NCBI GenBank assembly: GCA_030429545.1
Contig: JAUIFF010000001.1
Coordinates: 147,599-211,598 of the forward strand
Length of the DNA stretch: 64,000 nt
Source: Polyangia bacterium
GTDB taxonomy: Bacteria; Myxococcota_A; Polyangia; Nannocystales; Nannocystaceae
Direction: 5' to 3'
Under the pieces are notes generated by a model, which was not told the DNA's origin, made no database searches, and worked only from the letters and a program-made list of their open reading frames with translations. A program made the translations under genes and the position numbers. Shown one piece after another: positions 11,286 to 20,569 of this stretch. Position 1 is the stretch's first letter. Each line of letters opens with the position of its first letter.

Positions 11286-11813
11286 ATGAACGATGCAATT
11301 TCAGAGTTAAAAATTCGTGCCCGTATGCTGCATAAACGGGTGCAATCTGGTGATACCGCGGCCCTCGAACGGGTCCGTCGTGGGCAACAGCTCACGCCCG
11401 ATACGGTCCAACACAAACACTGCCTCGCGGCAGTGGCCCGCGAGAATGGGTTTCGCAGCTGGCAGCATGCAACCCGCGTGGTTCGTGGTGATGTCGGTGA
11501 GCAGGACTTTGGCAAGTTGCTGGTGCCTGGCCATTGCGGTGGGTTTTTAAACGAGTGGTTCGCCGACTACGACCAGGCGCTGGCCGCCAAACAGGCGAAT
11601 AATCGCTTCTTGTTGGCGTATCAGCGGCACTTTGTGGTGGTCACGGCCGACTTTATCCGCGCGCTCGGGCTCGATCCAAACGACCCGGATTGGCGGCGAA
11701 TCAACCGTAATTGGGTGCAACCAGGGGATGTGCGTGCCCGCGAACGCCTCTACGGGCGCTTGCTTGGCCAGCGGGCCAACGGCGCTCCGGCGAACACACA
11801 ACCGGACTGTTAA
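11286..11813 (+). CDS. Hypothetical protein
   Basis: Track ORF 11175..11813. Start refined to ATG 11286 (MNDAISELKIRARMLHKRV...). Good codon bias, no recognisable domain. Confidence 0.45.
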   Translation: MNDAISELKIRARMLHKRVQSGDTAALERVRRGQQLTPDTVQHKHCLAAVARENGFRSWQHATRVVRGDVGEQDFGKLLVPGHCGGFLNEWFADYDQALAAKQANNRFLLAYQRHFVVVTADFIRALGLDPNDPDWRRINRNWVQPGDVRARERLYGRLLGQRANGAPANTQPDC

Positions 11814-12097
11814 GCCATGTTGGGTGACGGACACCGATACAAGGTGTCCGCCCCTCGGGTGGCGTTGCCAACCGGTTCGCTCTCGGAGGCCTCCATAAAT
11901 CGCGAACAAGGGGCTTGATTGGTCGACGCGCCAACGGCTCCAGGCGAATGCAAGGTCAGTCTGTTGAGCCTTGTGTTAGCGACGGACACCAGCGCGAATG
12001 CTGCCTGGTGTCCGTCGACTGGGGCGGTGGTTATGGCAGTGGCTAGTGTTTGACTTTGTCAACGAGCTGGCAGTTGCTGGAATATCTGCCCTTGCTC

Positions 12098-13045
12098 ATG
12101 CATACATCGCCTGTGCGCCGCTACTTGTTGACCGCAACCGTCCTCGCTTTGGCCCCCCTTACCGGGTGTGCAAGCCAGTCCGTGGCCACGCCCGACCGCG
12201 GCCTCGAAGCGAATCCTCCTGTTTGTGTCGAACGTCGGCAGGCCGAGGTCCAAGGTCCCGTCGCCGAGGCTTCGCAGGCAAAGCCCCGGGTGATTGTCGA
12301 CACCCACGGCCGAGACCTATTTGCTGCCGAGGGGGTCGACGGGGCGTTTGTGCTGCTCGACCCGGCTAGCAACACGCGCCGTGAGGTCAATGCCGCCGAG
12401 GTCGAGACTGGCCATATTCCTGCATCTACATTTAAAATTCCCAACACCCTGATTGGCCTCAACACCGGGGTGATCGACGGGGTGGGGTTTGCGTTGCCAT
12501 GGGACGGTGTGGAGCGTCAGGTCAAGGCCTGGAACCGCGACCACGATCTCGCCTCGGCCATGAAGTACTCCGTGGTGTGGTTTTACCAGGAGGTCGCCCG
12601 CCGAATCGGTGAGGAGCGGATGCAGCAATGGGTCGAGCGTTTCGCCTACGGCAACCGCGATATCGGCGGGGGCATTGACCAGTTTTGGCTCGACGGCAAC
12701 CTCCGAATTTCACCGCGTGAGCAGGTTGGGTTTTTGTTGCGTCTACACCGAGGTGAGCTGCCGGTGAGTATGGAAAGCCGCGCGATTGTCGACGACATCA
12801 CGGTGCTAGACCGTGGCAGCGACTATGTACTGCGGGGCAAGACGGGGCTTGGAGGCGAGGCGGGCAACACCGTTGGTTGGCTCGTCGGCAGTGTCGAGCG
12901 CGGAGGCCAGCGGGTTTTCTTCGCCACCTTGGTGCTCGCCGAAGGCGAACAGTTTCAAAAAGTGATGCCCATGCGGATGCGGCTGACAAAGCAGTTTCTC
13001 CACCGCTATGGCGTGCTGGCTGAAGACACAGCAACTGTCGAGTAG
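12098..13045 (+). CDS. Class D (OXA-type) beta-lactamase, lipoprotein
   Basis: Start refined to MHTSPVRRYLLTATVLALAPLTGC (lipoprotein signal). Class D motifs present: S-T-F-K (PASTFKIPNTLIGL), FAYGN (YGN), KTG (LRGKTGLG) and WLVG. Confidence 0.85.
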   Translation: MHTSPVRRYLLTATVLALAPLTGCASQSVATPDRGLEANPPVCVERRQAEVQGPVAEASQAKPRVIVDTHGRDLFAAEGVDGAFVLLDPASNTRREVNAAEVETGHIPASTFKIPNTLIGLNTGVIDGVGFALPWDGVERQVKAWNRDHDLASAMKYSVVWFYQEVARRIGEERMQQWVERFAYGNRDIGGGIDQFWLDGNLRISPREQVGFLLRLHRGELPVSMESRAIVDDITVLDRGSDYVLRGKTGLGGEAGNTVGWLVGSVERGGQRVFFATLVLAEGEQFQKVMPMRMRLTKQFLHRYGVLAEDTATVE

Positions 13046-13198
13046 TTGTGTGCAAACTCTGTGAGTTGGCTTCGAGTAGAAACCAATCGCGTATAAACAC
13101 CTTCGTTTGCGGTGCTGCGCTGACGATTGGCGAATTGCTACCCAAAACGTCTTAGGTGGATCCACTTGTGGAGGGGAGAATTTGCTAGGTTCTTGCGT

Positions 13199-14659
13199 AT
13201 GAACCGCACGATTGGACCGATCATTGCTGCATTTGGGTTTGCCTTGATGGGCTGTGGCGATGGAAGCGGTGACGCGACCGGGACCGACTCCGCCGGGACC
13301 ACAATTTCGACCACGACGAACACCCCAACCACCGACCCAGGGACATCGATGGGGAGTGATGGCACCTCCGACACATCGGCGGGTTCCGAAACAGCCGGCG
13401 AGACGGACGCGACCACTGCCGGTCCGACGACCGATCCGTCGACCACCGATCCGTCGACGACAGACCCGTCGACCACCGATCCGACAGACCCGTCGACGAC
13501 AGATCCGTCGACGACAGATCCGTCGACGACAGACCCGTCGACCACCGAGGAGCCAACCACCGACGGTTCGACAACTGGGATGGAGTGTGGCGACCCGGAC
13601 TTCACGCCCGACCCGGACAAGACTTTTTTGTGGGCCGCCAACAGCTCGCAGGGCACCATCTCGAAGATCCGGACCAGCGATGTCACCGAGGTGGGTCGCT
13701 ATTACGTGCGTCCCGACAACGCCGGAAGCCCTTCGCGTACTTCCGTAAGTCTCACAGGACATGTCGCAGTTGCCAGCCGCAACGGCGGGGTCACCAAGAT
13801 TTGGGGCGACGAAAGCCTCTGTGCAGATACAAATGGTACCCCGGGGATCCAAACCTCGACCAACAACCAGCCGCTGCCGTGGGGCGAAGAAGAGTGCATC
13901 GCTTGGCACACGCCGTTCACCTACGCCAGCCAACGGCCGGTTGCCTGGGGCCCCGGTGTTCTCAACGAAGTCACCTGTGAGTACGAGGGGGAGGAGCTGT
14001 GGACGTCGGGCAACAACAACAACGGCGGCCTCGACATCATGATCCTCGACGGCGATGACGGCAGCGTCAAAGAGATGATTACCGTGCCTTCGGGCGGACC
14101 GAACCTCAATGCCGACCTCTACGGTATCTACGGGGCGGCGGTTGATCCCGAGGGCAACTTCTGGGGGTCGCAGTTGGGTACCAGCGGCAAGTTGCTCAAG
14201 GTCAACCGCGAGGACATGAGCTACGAAATCTACGACACGCCCAATGGCCCGCACTGGTACGGCATGACAGTCGACTCAGACGGCTACGTGTTTTTGTGTA
14301 GCAACACGGTCGGTCGGTTTGACCCCGTCAACCTGATCTGGGACCAGGCCCAGGTTGGTGGCTGGACGGGGTGCATGTCCGATGGTCAACCCGATGGTCT
14401 GTTGTGGATGAGCAACGGCAACGGGGTTGTCGGGGTCAATCGCCAAAGCCTCCAGGTCGAGAAGATGTGGCCGGCAGCCGGGTCCTATGGGATCAGCGTC
14501 GACTTTGAGGGCTATGTGTGGGCGGTGGCCAACGGCTCCAACGTCAGCAAAATCGATCCGGACACCGGCGAGTACACGACCTACTCCGGCCTTGTTGGTG
14601 CGTATACATATTCCGACATGATCGGATTTGGACTCGCCCAGGTGATTGTCCCGATGTAA
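13199..14659 (+). CDS. Secreted lipoprotein with a Thr/Asp/Pro/Ser tandem-repeat linker and a beta-rich C-terminal domain
   Basis: Start refined to MNRTIGPIIAAFGFALMGCGDG (lipobox). (TTDPS)n repeat region at ~13430-13560 encoded by 15-bp tandem DNA repeats. C-terminal domain rich in Gly/Trp/Asn with no recognised family. Confidence 0.6.
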   Translation: MNRTIGPIIAAFGFALMGCGDGSGDATGTDSAGTTISTTTNTPTTDPGTSMGSDGTSDTSAGSETAGETDATTAGPTTDPSTTDPSTTDPSTTDPTDPSTTDPSTTDPSTTDPSTTEEPTTDGSTTGMECGDPDFTPDPDKTFLWAANSSQGTISKIRTSDVTEVGRYYVRPDNAGSPSRTSVSLTGHVAVASRNGGVTKIWGDESLCADTNGTPGIQTSTNNQPLPWGEEECIAWHTPFTYASQRPVAWGPGVLNEVTCEYEGEELWTSGNNNNGGLDIMILDGDDGSVKEMITVPSGGPNLNADLYGIYGAAVDPEGNFWGSQLGTSGKLLKVNREDMSYEIYDTPNGPHWYGMTVDSDGYVFLCSNTVGRFDPVNLIWDQAQVGGWTGCMSDGQPDGLLWMSNGNGVVGVNRQSLQVEKMWPAAGSYGISVDFEGYVWAVANGSNVSKIDPDTGEYTTYSGLVGAYTYSDMIGFGLAQVIVPM

Positions 14660-14803
14660 ATTGCCGGCTATTCCGGCAACGGGCGGGCTGTGGTGCACAC
14701 AGTCCGCTTTTTTTGCGCATGACCTGGCGCGCGACCATAGGGCGCGATCTTGACGCCTAAAAAAACATGTAACGCTTGCCTCGACCCATCCGTGGAGAGG
14801 TGG

Positions 14804-15481
14804 ATGGCAACCACAACAAACAACAAGCGACTGGCATTGGTCCAGGCCGTCTCGGGCCTGGCATTTGCGGTTTTCTCAACGCTGCACCTCACCAACACGA
14901 TGGTCTCGGCCCTCGGTCCGGGGGCGTACAACGGGTTTCAGCGGGTCATCCGGCCGTTTTACCAACATCCGGTGGTGGAGATATTGCTGGTCGCGGTGCC
15001 GCTTGTGGTGCATGTCGCCTGCGCAGTTATCTCCGTCAAACGTCGCCCGCGGGCACGTAAGCCGCCCAACCTGCGCCTACGGCTACATCGCTACAGCGGG
15101 TACTTTCTCGCGCTCGTCGTGTTTGGCCACACCGCGGCAACCCGCGGCATCATGTTGGCGTTTGGCGTGCCACCCGAGTTCGAGGGGCTCTCGTTTTCGA
15201 TGGCTTGGATGCCCCAGATGTTCTACCCGTACTATGCGATGTTGGCCCTGTGTGGCCTCTACCATACGGTTTACGGGACAACACAGTCCCTACGGCTGCT
15301 CGGTGTGCGGGTGCCCGCCGCCATGAGCCGTGGCCCCAGGTTTTGGCTCCCACTGGCGATCCTCGGTGGATGCCTGGTCGTGGGTGTGTTGAGTTTTGGC
15401 GGATGGCTGTATGCCATCGAAGACCCCATGCAAAACGACTATGCCCGCGTGTACTTGGAGGAGCTCGGGATGGGCGAGTAG
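14804..15481 (+). CDS. Integral membrane protein with His-containing TM helices (cytochrome-b-like?)
   Basis: ATG at 14804 preceded by GGAGAGG RBS. About 5 predicted TM helices with conserved-looking His residues (HLTN, VVHVAC, FGHTAATRG); reminiscent of heme-binding b-type membrane subunits but unverified. Confidence 0.45.
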   Translation: MATTTNNKRLALVQAVSGLAFAVFSTLHLTNTMVSALGPGAYNGFQRVIRPFYQHPVVEILLVAVPLVVHVACAVISVKRRPRARKPPNLRLRLHRYSGYFLALVVFGHTAATRGIMLAFGVPPEFEGLSFSMAWMPQMFYPYYAMLALCGLYHTVYGTTQSLRLLGVRVPAAMSRGPRFWLPLAILGGCLVVGVLSFGGWLYAIEDPMQNDYARVYLEELGMGE

Positions 15482-15640
15482 GGGGCTGCAAAGCAGCGAA
15501 TGAGCCGACAACCCGAGCCATAGCCAAACCGCGATGCGTGTGTTGATACAAGTTGTTGTCACGTCATCGGTCGGCTGACGTGGCGAGCAACCGGCGAGCG
15601 CTCCTTGTCGGGTCGACGCCATCCGGCGAAACTACAGCCC

Positions 15641-16426
15641 ATGCCTGCGCCGACCTGGTTTTCGAGCAATCCCGACCGCGCCTGGGGTGAGCGCTTTTTC
15701 CTTATCTACTCGCCCATCTGGATCGTGGCCGTGGCGGCGATCATGCTCAGCGGTTGGGTCCTCAAGTTGCAAGATCTCGGCTTACTTGTGTTTGCATCGA
15801 TCGTGGCGGCGCCGCTGGTTGGCTACCCGTTGGTGGCCCGGCGCAACAGCGGGGTCGTGTGGTTTCAAAGCTACTGGTTTCGCTTCAATCTGTGGATCGC
15901 AATCTATGTGTTTGCCGGCTCGTACATCGGTAGCCACTATTTTTTTGATGTCCTGGGGATGCGTTACGCGTTTGCGTGCACGTGGACGCTCGAGGCTGCG
16001 TTGGTGGGGCAGGGCAGTGGCGAGGTCCCCATCTTTTTATATGTACTTACACAGGCCTACTTCGTTACCTACCACACCATACTCGTGCTGGTGATGCGTC
16101 GACTCGAGCGGGCGACCGGCGGTAGCCGGGTGGCATTTTGGGTTGGCCTGCTGTTTGTCGCCTATGCGGTGGCCTACGCCGAGACCCTGTTTATGGCCCA
16201 TCCGAGCCTTGCCGACGTGTTTTGGTACGAGGAGCGCGGCGAGATGCTGCGCTACGGTTCGATCTTTTATGCGACCTACTTCCTCGTTAGCGTGCCGTTT
16301 TTGATGCGGCTTGGCGAGGGCGAGCCGGGCACCTGGCCCGTCCGTCGGGTGGTGTGTGAGGCCCTCGCTGCCAGCATGCTGATGTTTTACGCCCTCGACT
16401 TTTGGGCGCTACTCGGACTGTTTTGA
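15641..16426 (+). CDS. Polytopic integral membrane protein, function unknown
   Basis: About 7 hydrophobic helices, rich in Trp/Tyr/Phe (YWFRFNLWIAIYVFAGSYIGSHYFFD). Start uncertain (15605 or 15641). Confidence 0.45.
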   Translation: MPAPTWFSSNPDRAWGERFFLIYSPIWIVAVAAIMLSGWVLKLQDLGLLVFASIVAAPLVGYPLVARRNSGVVWFQSYWFRFNLWIAIYVFAGSYIGSHYFFDVLGMRYAFACTWTLEAALVGQGSGEVPIFLYVLTQAYFVTYHTILVLVMRRLERATGGSRVAFWVGLLFVAYAVAYAETLFMAHPSLADVFWYEERGEMLRYGSIFYATYFLVSVPFLMRLGEGEPGTWPVRRVVCEALAASMLMFYALDFWALLGLF

Positions 16427-16482
16427 CACGGACTCAATATTGTTGTTTGTGCATGTAGTTGGTGTGGCCCACCGGTTCGAAA

Positions 16483-16514
16483 TAAAAAATGCCGCGACTG
16501 ACGCGGCATTTGTT
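16483..16514. terminator. Bidirectional intrinsic terminator between convergent genes
   Basis: aataaaaaATGCCGCGactgaCGCGGCATttgtt: an 8-bp perfect stem flanked by an A-run on one side and a T-rich run on the other. Lies between the 16426(+) and 16528(-) gene ends. Confidence 0.7.
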
Positions 16515-16527
16515 CAACATGTTGTAG

Positions 16528-16995
16528 CTACATGCCGAGAATACGAAACTTCGGGTCGTCGATTTCGGCATCTTGAGCGTACTTGCGGGCGGCCTGGCGA
16601 ATGAGCGCCTTGAGGTCCTCCCACCGCCACGGCTTGGTGACGTACTTCCAAATCAGACCCTCGTTGAGTCCGCGAATCACCACGTTGATATCGGAGTAAC
16701 CGGTAATCAAAATCCGGATGGGCAGCGGATTGATCTTTTTGAGATGTGTGAACAGCTCGACGCCGGTCATCCCGGGCATCCGCTGGTCGCTAATGACGAG
16801 GTGAATCTCGTGCTGCTTGAACAGCTCGAGTGCGTCCTGGCCACTATTTGCGGTGTAGATAGTAAAGATCCCGCGGAAGCCTTCTTCGAGCGATGCAATA
16901 ATCCCGCTCTCGTCGTCGACGATAAGAAGCGACAGCTTGGGGCCCTTTTGGTCCTTCTTGACCTGACCTGTTTTTCGGAATTCCTTCCAACCCAC
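16528..16995 (-). CDS. Single-domain response regulator (CheY-like receiver)
   Basis: 155 aa. LLIVDDE, phospho-acceptor-region DQRMPGMTG and conserved K (KP) of a REC domain. No output domain. Confidence 0.85.
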   Translation of the reverse strand: MGWKEFRKTGQVKKDQKGPKLSLLIVDDESGIIASLEEGFRGIFTIYTANSGQDALELFKQHEIHLVISDQRMPGMTGVELFTHLKKINPLPIRILITGYSDINVVIRGLNEGLIWKYVTKPWRWEDLKALIRQAARKYAQDAEIDDPKFRILGM

Positions 16996-17027
16996 GGGTG
17001 CCTCCTCAAGTTGCTGTGGTGAAATGC

Positions 17028-18410
17028 CTAAACATAGCGAAAAGTTGATGAGAAATGGCGGATCCCTGGTGCCTCTACATCAAAGCACAGTCCGCGGCGT
17101 TGCGACGAGCCTTTTTCTTCGTACACCGTCCGAACAACGTCTGCGACGTACTCTAGGTGCTCAAAGGTATAGGCCCGCCGGGGAATGGTGATCCGGCAAA
17201 GGTCCATTGCCGGGCGAATGTTCTCCCCGGTGTCGGGGTCGCGACCTATCAGACACGAACCGACTTCGACGCACCGGATGCCGCCTTCTTTATAAAGCTC
17301 GACACACAGTAGCTGGGCCGGGAACTGGTCCTGGGGGACGTTGGGGAAAAACCGGCGGGCGTCGATGAACACGGCGTGGCCGCCAATCGGATGGACGATG
17401 GGTACGCCAAAGGAGTCGAGTAACTCACCTAGGCGCCGAACCTGTCCGATGCGATAGGTCAGGTAGTCGAGGTCAACGACCTCTTTGAGGCCCTGGGCAA
17501 GTGCCTCCATCGCGCTGCCCGACATGCCGCCGTAGGTGTAAAAACCCTCAAACAAAATGGTCGGGGTTTTGACCCGCTCGTACAGCTCTTCGGATTCACG
17601 GATGCCAATAAATCCGCCGATCGGAACCAGGGCGTCCTTTTTCGAAGACATTGTACATGCATCGGCATGCTTGAACATCTCGCGGACGATGTAGGGGATC
17701 GGCGTGTCGGCGAACTCCTCTTCGCGGGTTTTGATGAAGTAGGCGTTCTCGGCAAAGCGGGCGGCGTCGTAGACAACCGGCAACCCGTATTTGTTGGCCA
17801 GTGCCCGGACGTCGCGGAGGTTTTGCATCGAAACCGGCTGGCCGCCCCCGGAGTTGCAGGTGATGGTCACGAGGATGTAGGCGACGTGGCGCGCCCCGTA
17901 CTCGCGGATGACCGCCTCGGTTTTTTCGATGTCGATGTTGCCCTTGAAGGGGTGGTCCCCCTCGGAGCGACGACCGGCGTCGATCGTGCAGTCGATCGCG
18001 CGACCCCCCGAAAACTCGATGTGGGCCTTGGTGGTGTCGAAGTGCGAGTTGCCCGGGACGATCTGGTTTTTCTTGATCATCACGAAGTTCAACACCTGCT
18101 CCGCGGCACGCCCCTGGTGGACAGGAATCGTGTAGCGAAAGCCCATGGTCTCCATGACCTGCCGCTCCATCGCCCGAAAGGAGCGCGAGCCGGCGTAACT
18201 CTCGTCGCCGTTCATCGAGCGTGCCAGCTGCATGGCCGAGATGGCCCCGGTGCCGCTGTCGGTCAAGAGGTCGATGTAGACATCTTCGGCGTCGAGCTGA
18301 AACACGTTGAGCCCAGCCGCCGAAATCTTCTTGTTTCGCTGCTCGAGCGACGGGAGCTTGAGCGGCTCGATGACCTTGGCCCGAAACGGGATGATGGTCC
18401 TCTTCGACAT
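17028..18410 (-). CDS. tnaA: Beta-eliminating lyase family: tryptophanase or tyrosine phenol-lyase (PLP-dependent)
   Basis: 460 aa, full-length and colinear with the TnaA/TPL family (typical ~456-471 aa). Tryptophanase and TPL cannot be told apart by eye. Gene symbol is tentative. Confidence 0.7.
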   Translation of the reverse strand: MSKRTIIPFRAKVIEPLKLPSLEQRNKKISAAGLNVFQLDAEDVYIDLLTDSGTGAISAMQLARSMNGDESYAGSRSFRAMERQVMETMGFRYTIPVHQGRAAEQVLNFVMIKKNQIVPGNSHFDTTKAHIEFSGGRAIDCTIDAGRRSEGDHPFKGNIDIEKTEAVIREYGARHVAYILVTITCNSGGGQPVSMQNLRDVRALANKYGLPVVYDAARFAENAYFIKTREEEFADTPIPYIVREMFKHADACTMSSKKDALVPIGGFIGIRESEELYERVKTPTILFEGFYTYGGMSGSAMEALAQGLKEVVDLDYLTYRIGQVRRLGELLDSFGVPIVHPIGGHAVFIDARRFFPNVPQDQFPAQLLCVELYKEGGIRCVEVGSCLIGRDPDTGENIRPAMDLCRITIPRRAYTFEHLEYVADVVRTVYEEKGSSQRRGLCFDVEAPGIRHFSSTFRYV

Positions 18411-20425
18411 CAGTTTGCCTGCTCCTTCGCTTCAACCGTATCGGGCGCGGGGGCCGAACTTGGGATTTGAATCGTAAACACTGTACCCCCACTCTCGCGA
18501 CGTGCCGCCCATATCTTACCGCGGTGTTCTTGGATAATGCGATAGCTGATCGACAGTCCGAGTCCCGTACCTTTACCCACCGGCTTGGTCGTAAAAAACG
18601 GGTCAAAGATTTTGTTGATGTGCTCTTCGTCGATGCCCGAACCATTGTCGAGCACCTGTATTTGCAGCCAGTCGTCGATGCGTCGCGTGATGACTTTGAC
18701 TTCGCCCCAGCGGTCGCAGGCATCGATGGCGTTGTTGACCAGGTTGAGCACGACCTGGTTGAGTTTAGCCGGGAAGCACGGATAGGGGCGGTCGAGTTGC
18801 AAGTCGTCGAGGACCGAAACCGAGGCGTCCTTGGCGACCTTGCGCAGAATCATGAGGGTCTGGCGGATGCCCTCGTCGATGTCAGCTTCCTGAAACGAGG
18901 CCTCGTCTAGGCGCGAAAAGTTTCGTAGACCGAGGACAATCTCGGCCATGCGATCGAGCCCGACCATGCTCTCCTCTAGTAGTTTGTCGACACGGCCTAA
19001 AAGGATGTTGACGGGGTCGCCCTCGGCTTCGGAGCGCTGGGTGACGTAGTCGAAAAACTCGCGCAACAAACCCTCACGTGCATCTTCGGGCAGGTCCTCG
19101 AGTTCGTAGCGAACAGACCGCACATCGTCGCTGTAGGTGGGGTTGCCCACAAGCCGGTCGAGGAGATCCAACCCGGCCTGATGTCGCGCACCGGCCGGAA
19201 TCTCTTCCTGATTTTCGAGCCATGTCCGAATCGACAGGCGAAGTTCGGCCATCTTGAGCCGCTCGCGTGCGAGCTGGGTGTTGTTGCGACTAAACGCCAG
19301 CGGGTTGTTGATCTCGTGGGCGACACCGGCGGTCAGCTGCCCGAGGCTCGCCAACTTCTCGCTTTGGACCAGTTGCGCCTGGGTGCTCTTGAGCTCGTCG
19401 ATGTTCGACTCGAGCCCACGCAACAACAGGTTGTTTTGCAGGGCGATGGCTGCCTGCGAGGCCAGGGATGTCGCAAACTCCTGGGAACGCTGGTCAAACG
19501 GCAGGACCGCGGTCTCAACGTTTTCGTGGGTGAGCTTGATGTGCCGGTCGGTCTTGCGGTTGATCAGCTGCAACACCCCGATGGTTTCATCGCGGTGGTT
19601 TTTCATTGCCAATACAAGCATCGAGCGGGTGACATAACCGGTGTTGATGTCGAACGCCGGGTTGAAGCTGTAGTCGGCACTGGGATCGATGTTGTAGGCG
19701 TCGGCGATGTTGAGTGGGACACCGGTGACCGCGGCATAGCCCGCGAGCGTCTGCCGGTTGATCGGCAACGTAAACTGCTTGAGGGTGGGGGTCTCGATCG
19801 AATCGTTTTGCGCCACCGAAAATCGCAGCCGGCGTTCGCCGTCGGCATCGCGCTCGAGCACGTAGAGGCTGCCGGCATCGGAGCAGGTGAACTCGCGGAT
19901 CGTTTGTAGGATCAACGTCAGCAGGCTGTCATGGTCGTGCTCGGTCGACAGCGCAATGCCGATGCGATTGAGCTCGTGGATCTCGTGGCGACGCAGGTCG
20001 AGTTCGTCGTCGAGAATACGGTAGCGGCTGAAATGGGCGAGTTCGCGGACGGCACAGCGCAGTACCCCTGCGAGGTTGTCCCGCGACGTCTCTCCCCCGC
20101 GCCAGGTGACCAGCCCATCGGGAATACCGAGGGTGCCGATGCGTTTTGGGTTTTTGAGGAGTGAAACAACACGCACCGGGCCGACCGGATTGAGACTGGC
20201 CAGTGCCTGGCGGCCGGTATCACCGGATTGGTTGATGAGTGCGTCGTCGACCAGCAGCAAGATGGCCTGCGCATCGCCGAGTTCGGCGAGACATCCCGCG
20301 AGTTCTCCGGCCCCCACCGGACGCCGATCGAGCCCGAGTCCCTCGAGTGCTCCGGCGTCGGGAGATTGGTCAAAGTCGGTTGCGTAGACGGCTACCGGAC
20401 GGTTGGGGTCGTGACGGGACGACAT
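18410..20425 (-). CDS. Cytoplasmic sensor histidine kinase with GAF domain
   Basis: 671 aa, no TM segment. Central GAF-like region, HisKA ([13 protein letters not shown]) and HATPase_c ([35 protein letters not shown]). Stop overlaps the tnaA-like start by 1 nt. Confidence 0.85.
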   Translation of the reverse strand: MSSRHDPNRPVAVYATDFDQSPDAGALEGLGLDRRPVGAGELAGCLAELGDAQAILLLVDDALINQSGDTGRQALASLNPVGPVRVVSLLKNPKRIGTLGIPDGLVTWRGGETSRDNLAGVLRCAVRELAHFSRYRILDDELDLRRHEIHELNRIGIALSTEHDHDSLLTLILQTIREFTCSDAGSLYVLERDADGERRLRFSVAQNDSIETPTLKQFTLPINRQTLAGYAAVTGVPLNIADAYNIDPSADYSFNPAFDINTGYVTRSMLVLAMKNHRDETIGVLQLINRKTDRHIKLTHENVETAVLPFDQRSQEFATSLASQAAIALQNNLLLRGLESNIDELKSTQAQLVQSEKLASLGQLTAGVAHEINNPLAFSRNNTQLARERLKMAELRLSIRTWLENQEEIPAGARHQAGLDLLDRLVGNPTYSDDVRSVRYELEDLPEDAREGLLREFFDYVTQRSEAEGDPVNILLGRVDKLLEESMVGLDRMAEIVLGLRNFSRLDEASFQEADIDEGIRQTLMILRKVAKDASVSVLDDLQLDRPYPCFPAKLNQVVLNLVNNAIDACDRWGEVKVITRRIDDWLQIQVLDNGSGIDEEHINKIFDPFFTTKPVGKGTGLGLSISYRIIQEHRGKIWAARRESGGTVFTIQIPSSAPAPDTVEAKEQAN

Positions 20426-20569
20426 GAATTGCTGTTCTTATACACCAGTCACCCGCGGTCTGGAGCCCCCGGTCCGGTGTGTGAAGGGCAACACCTGTGC
20501 AGGTTCGCCCGGTGAAAACCGCCCGGCCTGCGCAGTTGTTGCGTGCACCTGCAAGGTCGCGCACACAAC

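Noticed and set aside
12806-14254. 482-aa minus-strand ORF overlapping the OXA beta-lactamase and TDPST lipoprotein genes
   Set aside because: Arg/Gly/Val-rich with repetitive RRRICRRR stretches that mirror the sense-strand repeats. The plus-strand genes have signal peptides and catalytic motifs.
17596-18723. 375-aa minus-strand ORF overlapping tnaA and the kinase gene in another frame
   Set aside because: Arg/Pro/Gly-rich out-of-frame translation. The tryptophanase-family frame gives a full-length conserved protein.
19181-19909. 242-aa plus-strand ORF antisense to the GAF histidine kinase
   Set aside because: No motifs and compositional bias typical of an antisense frame. The kinase frame contains HisKA/HATPase signatures.
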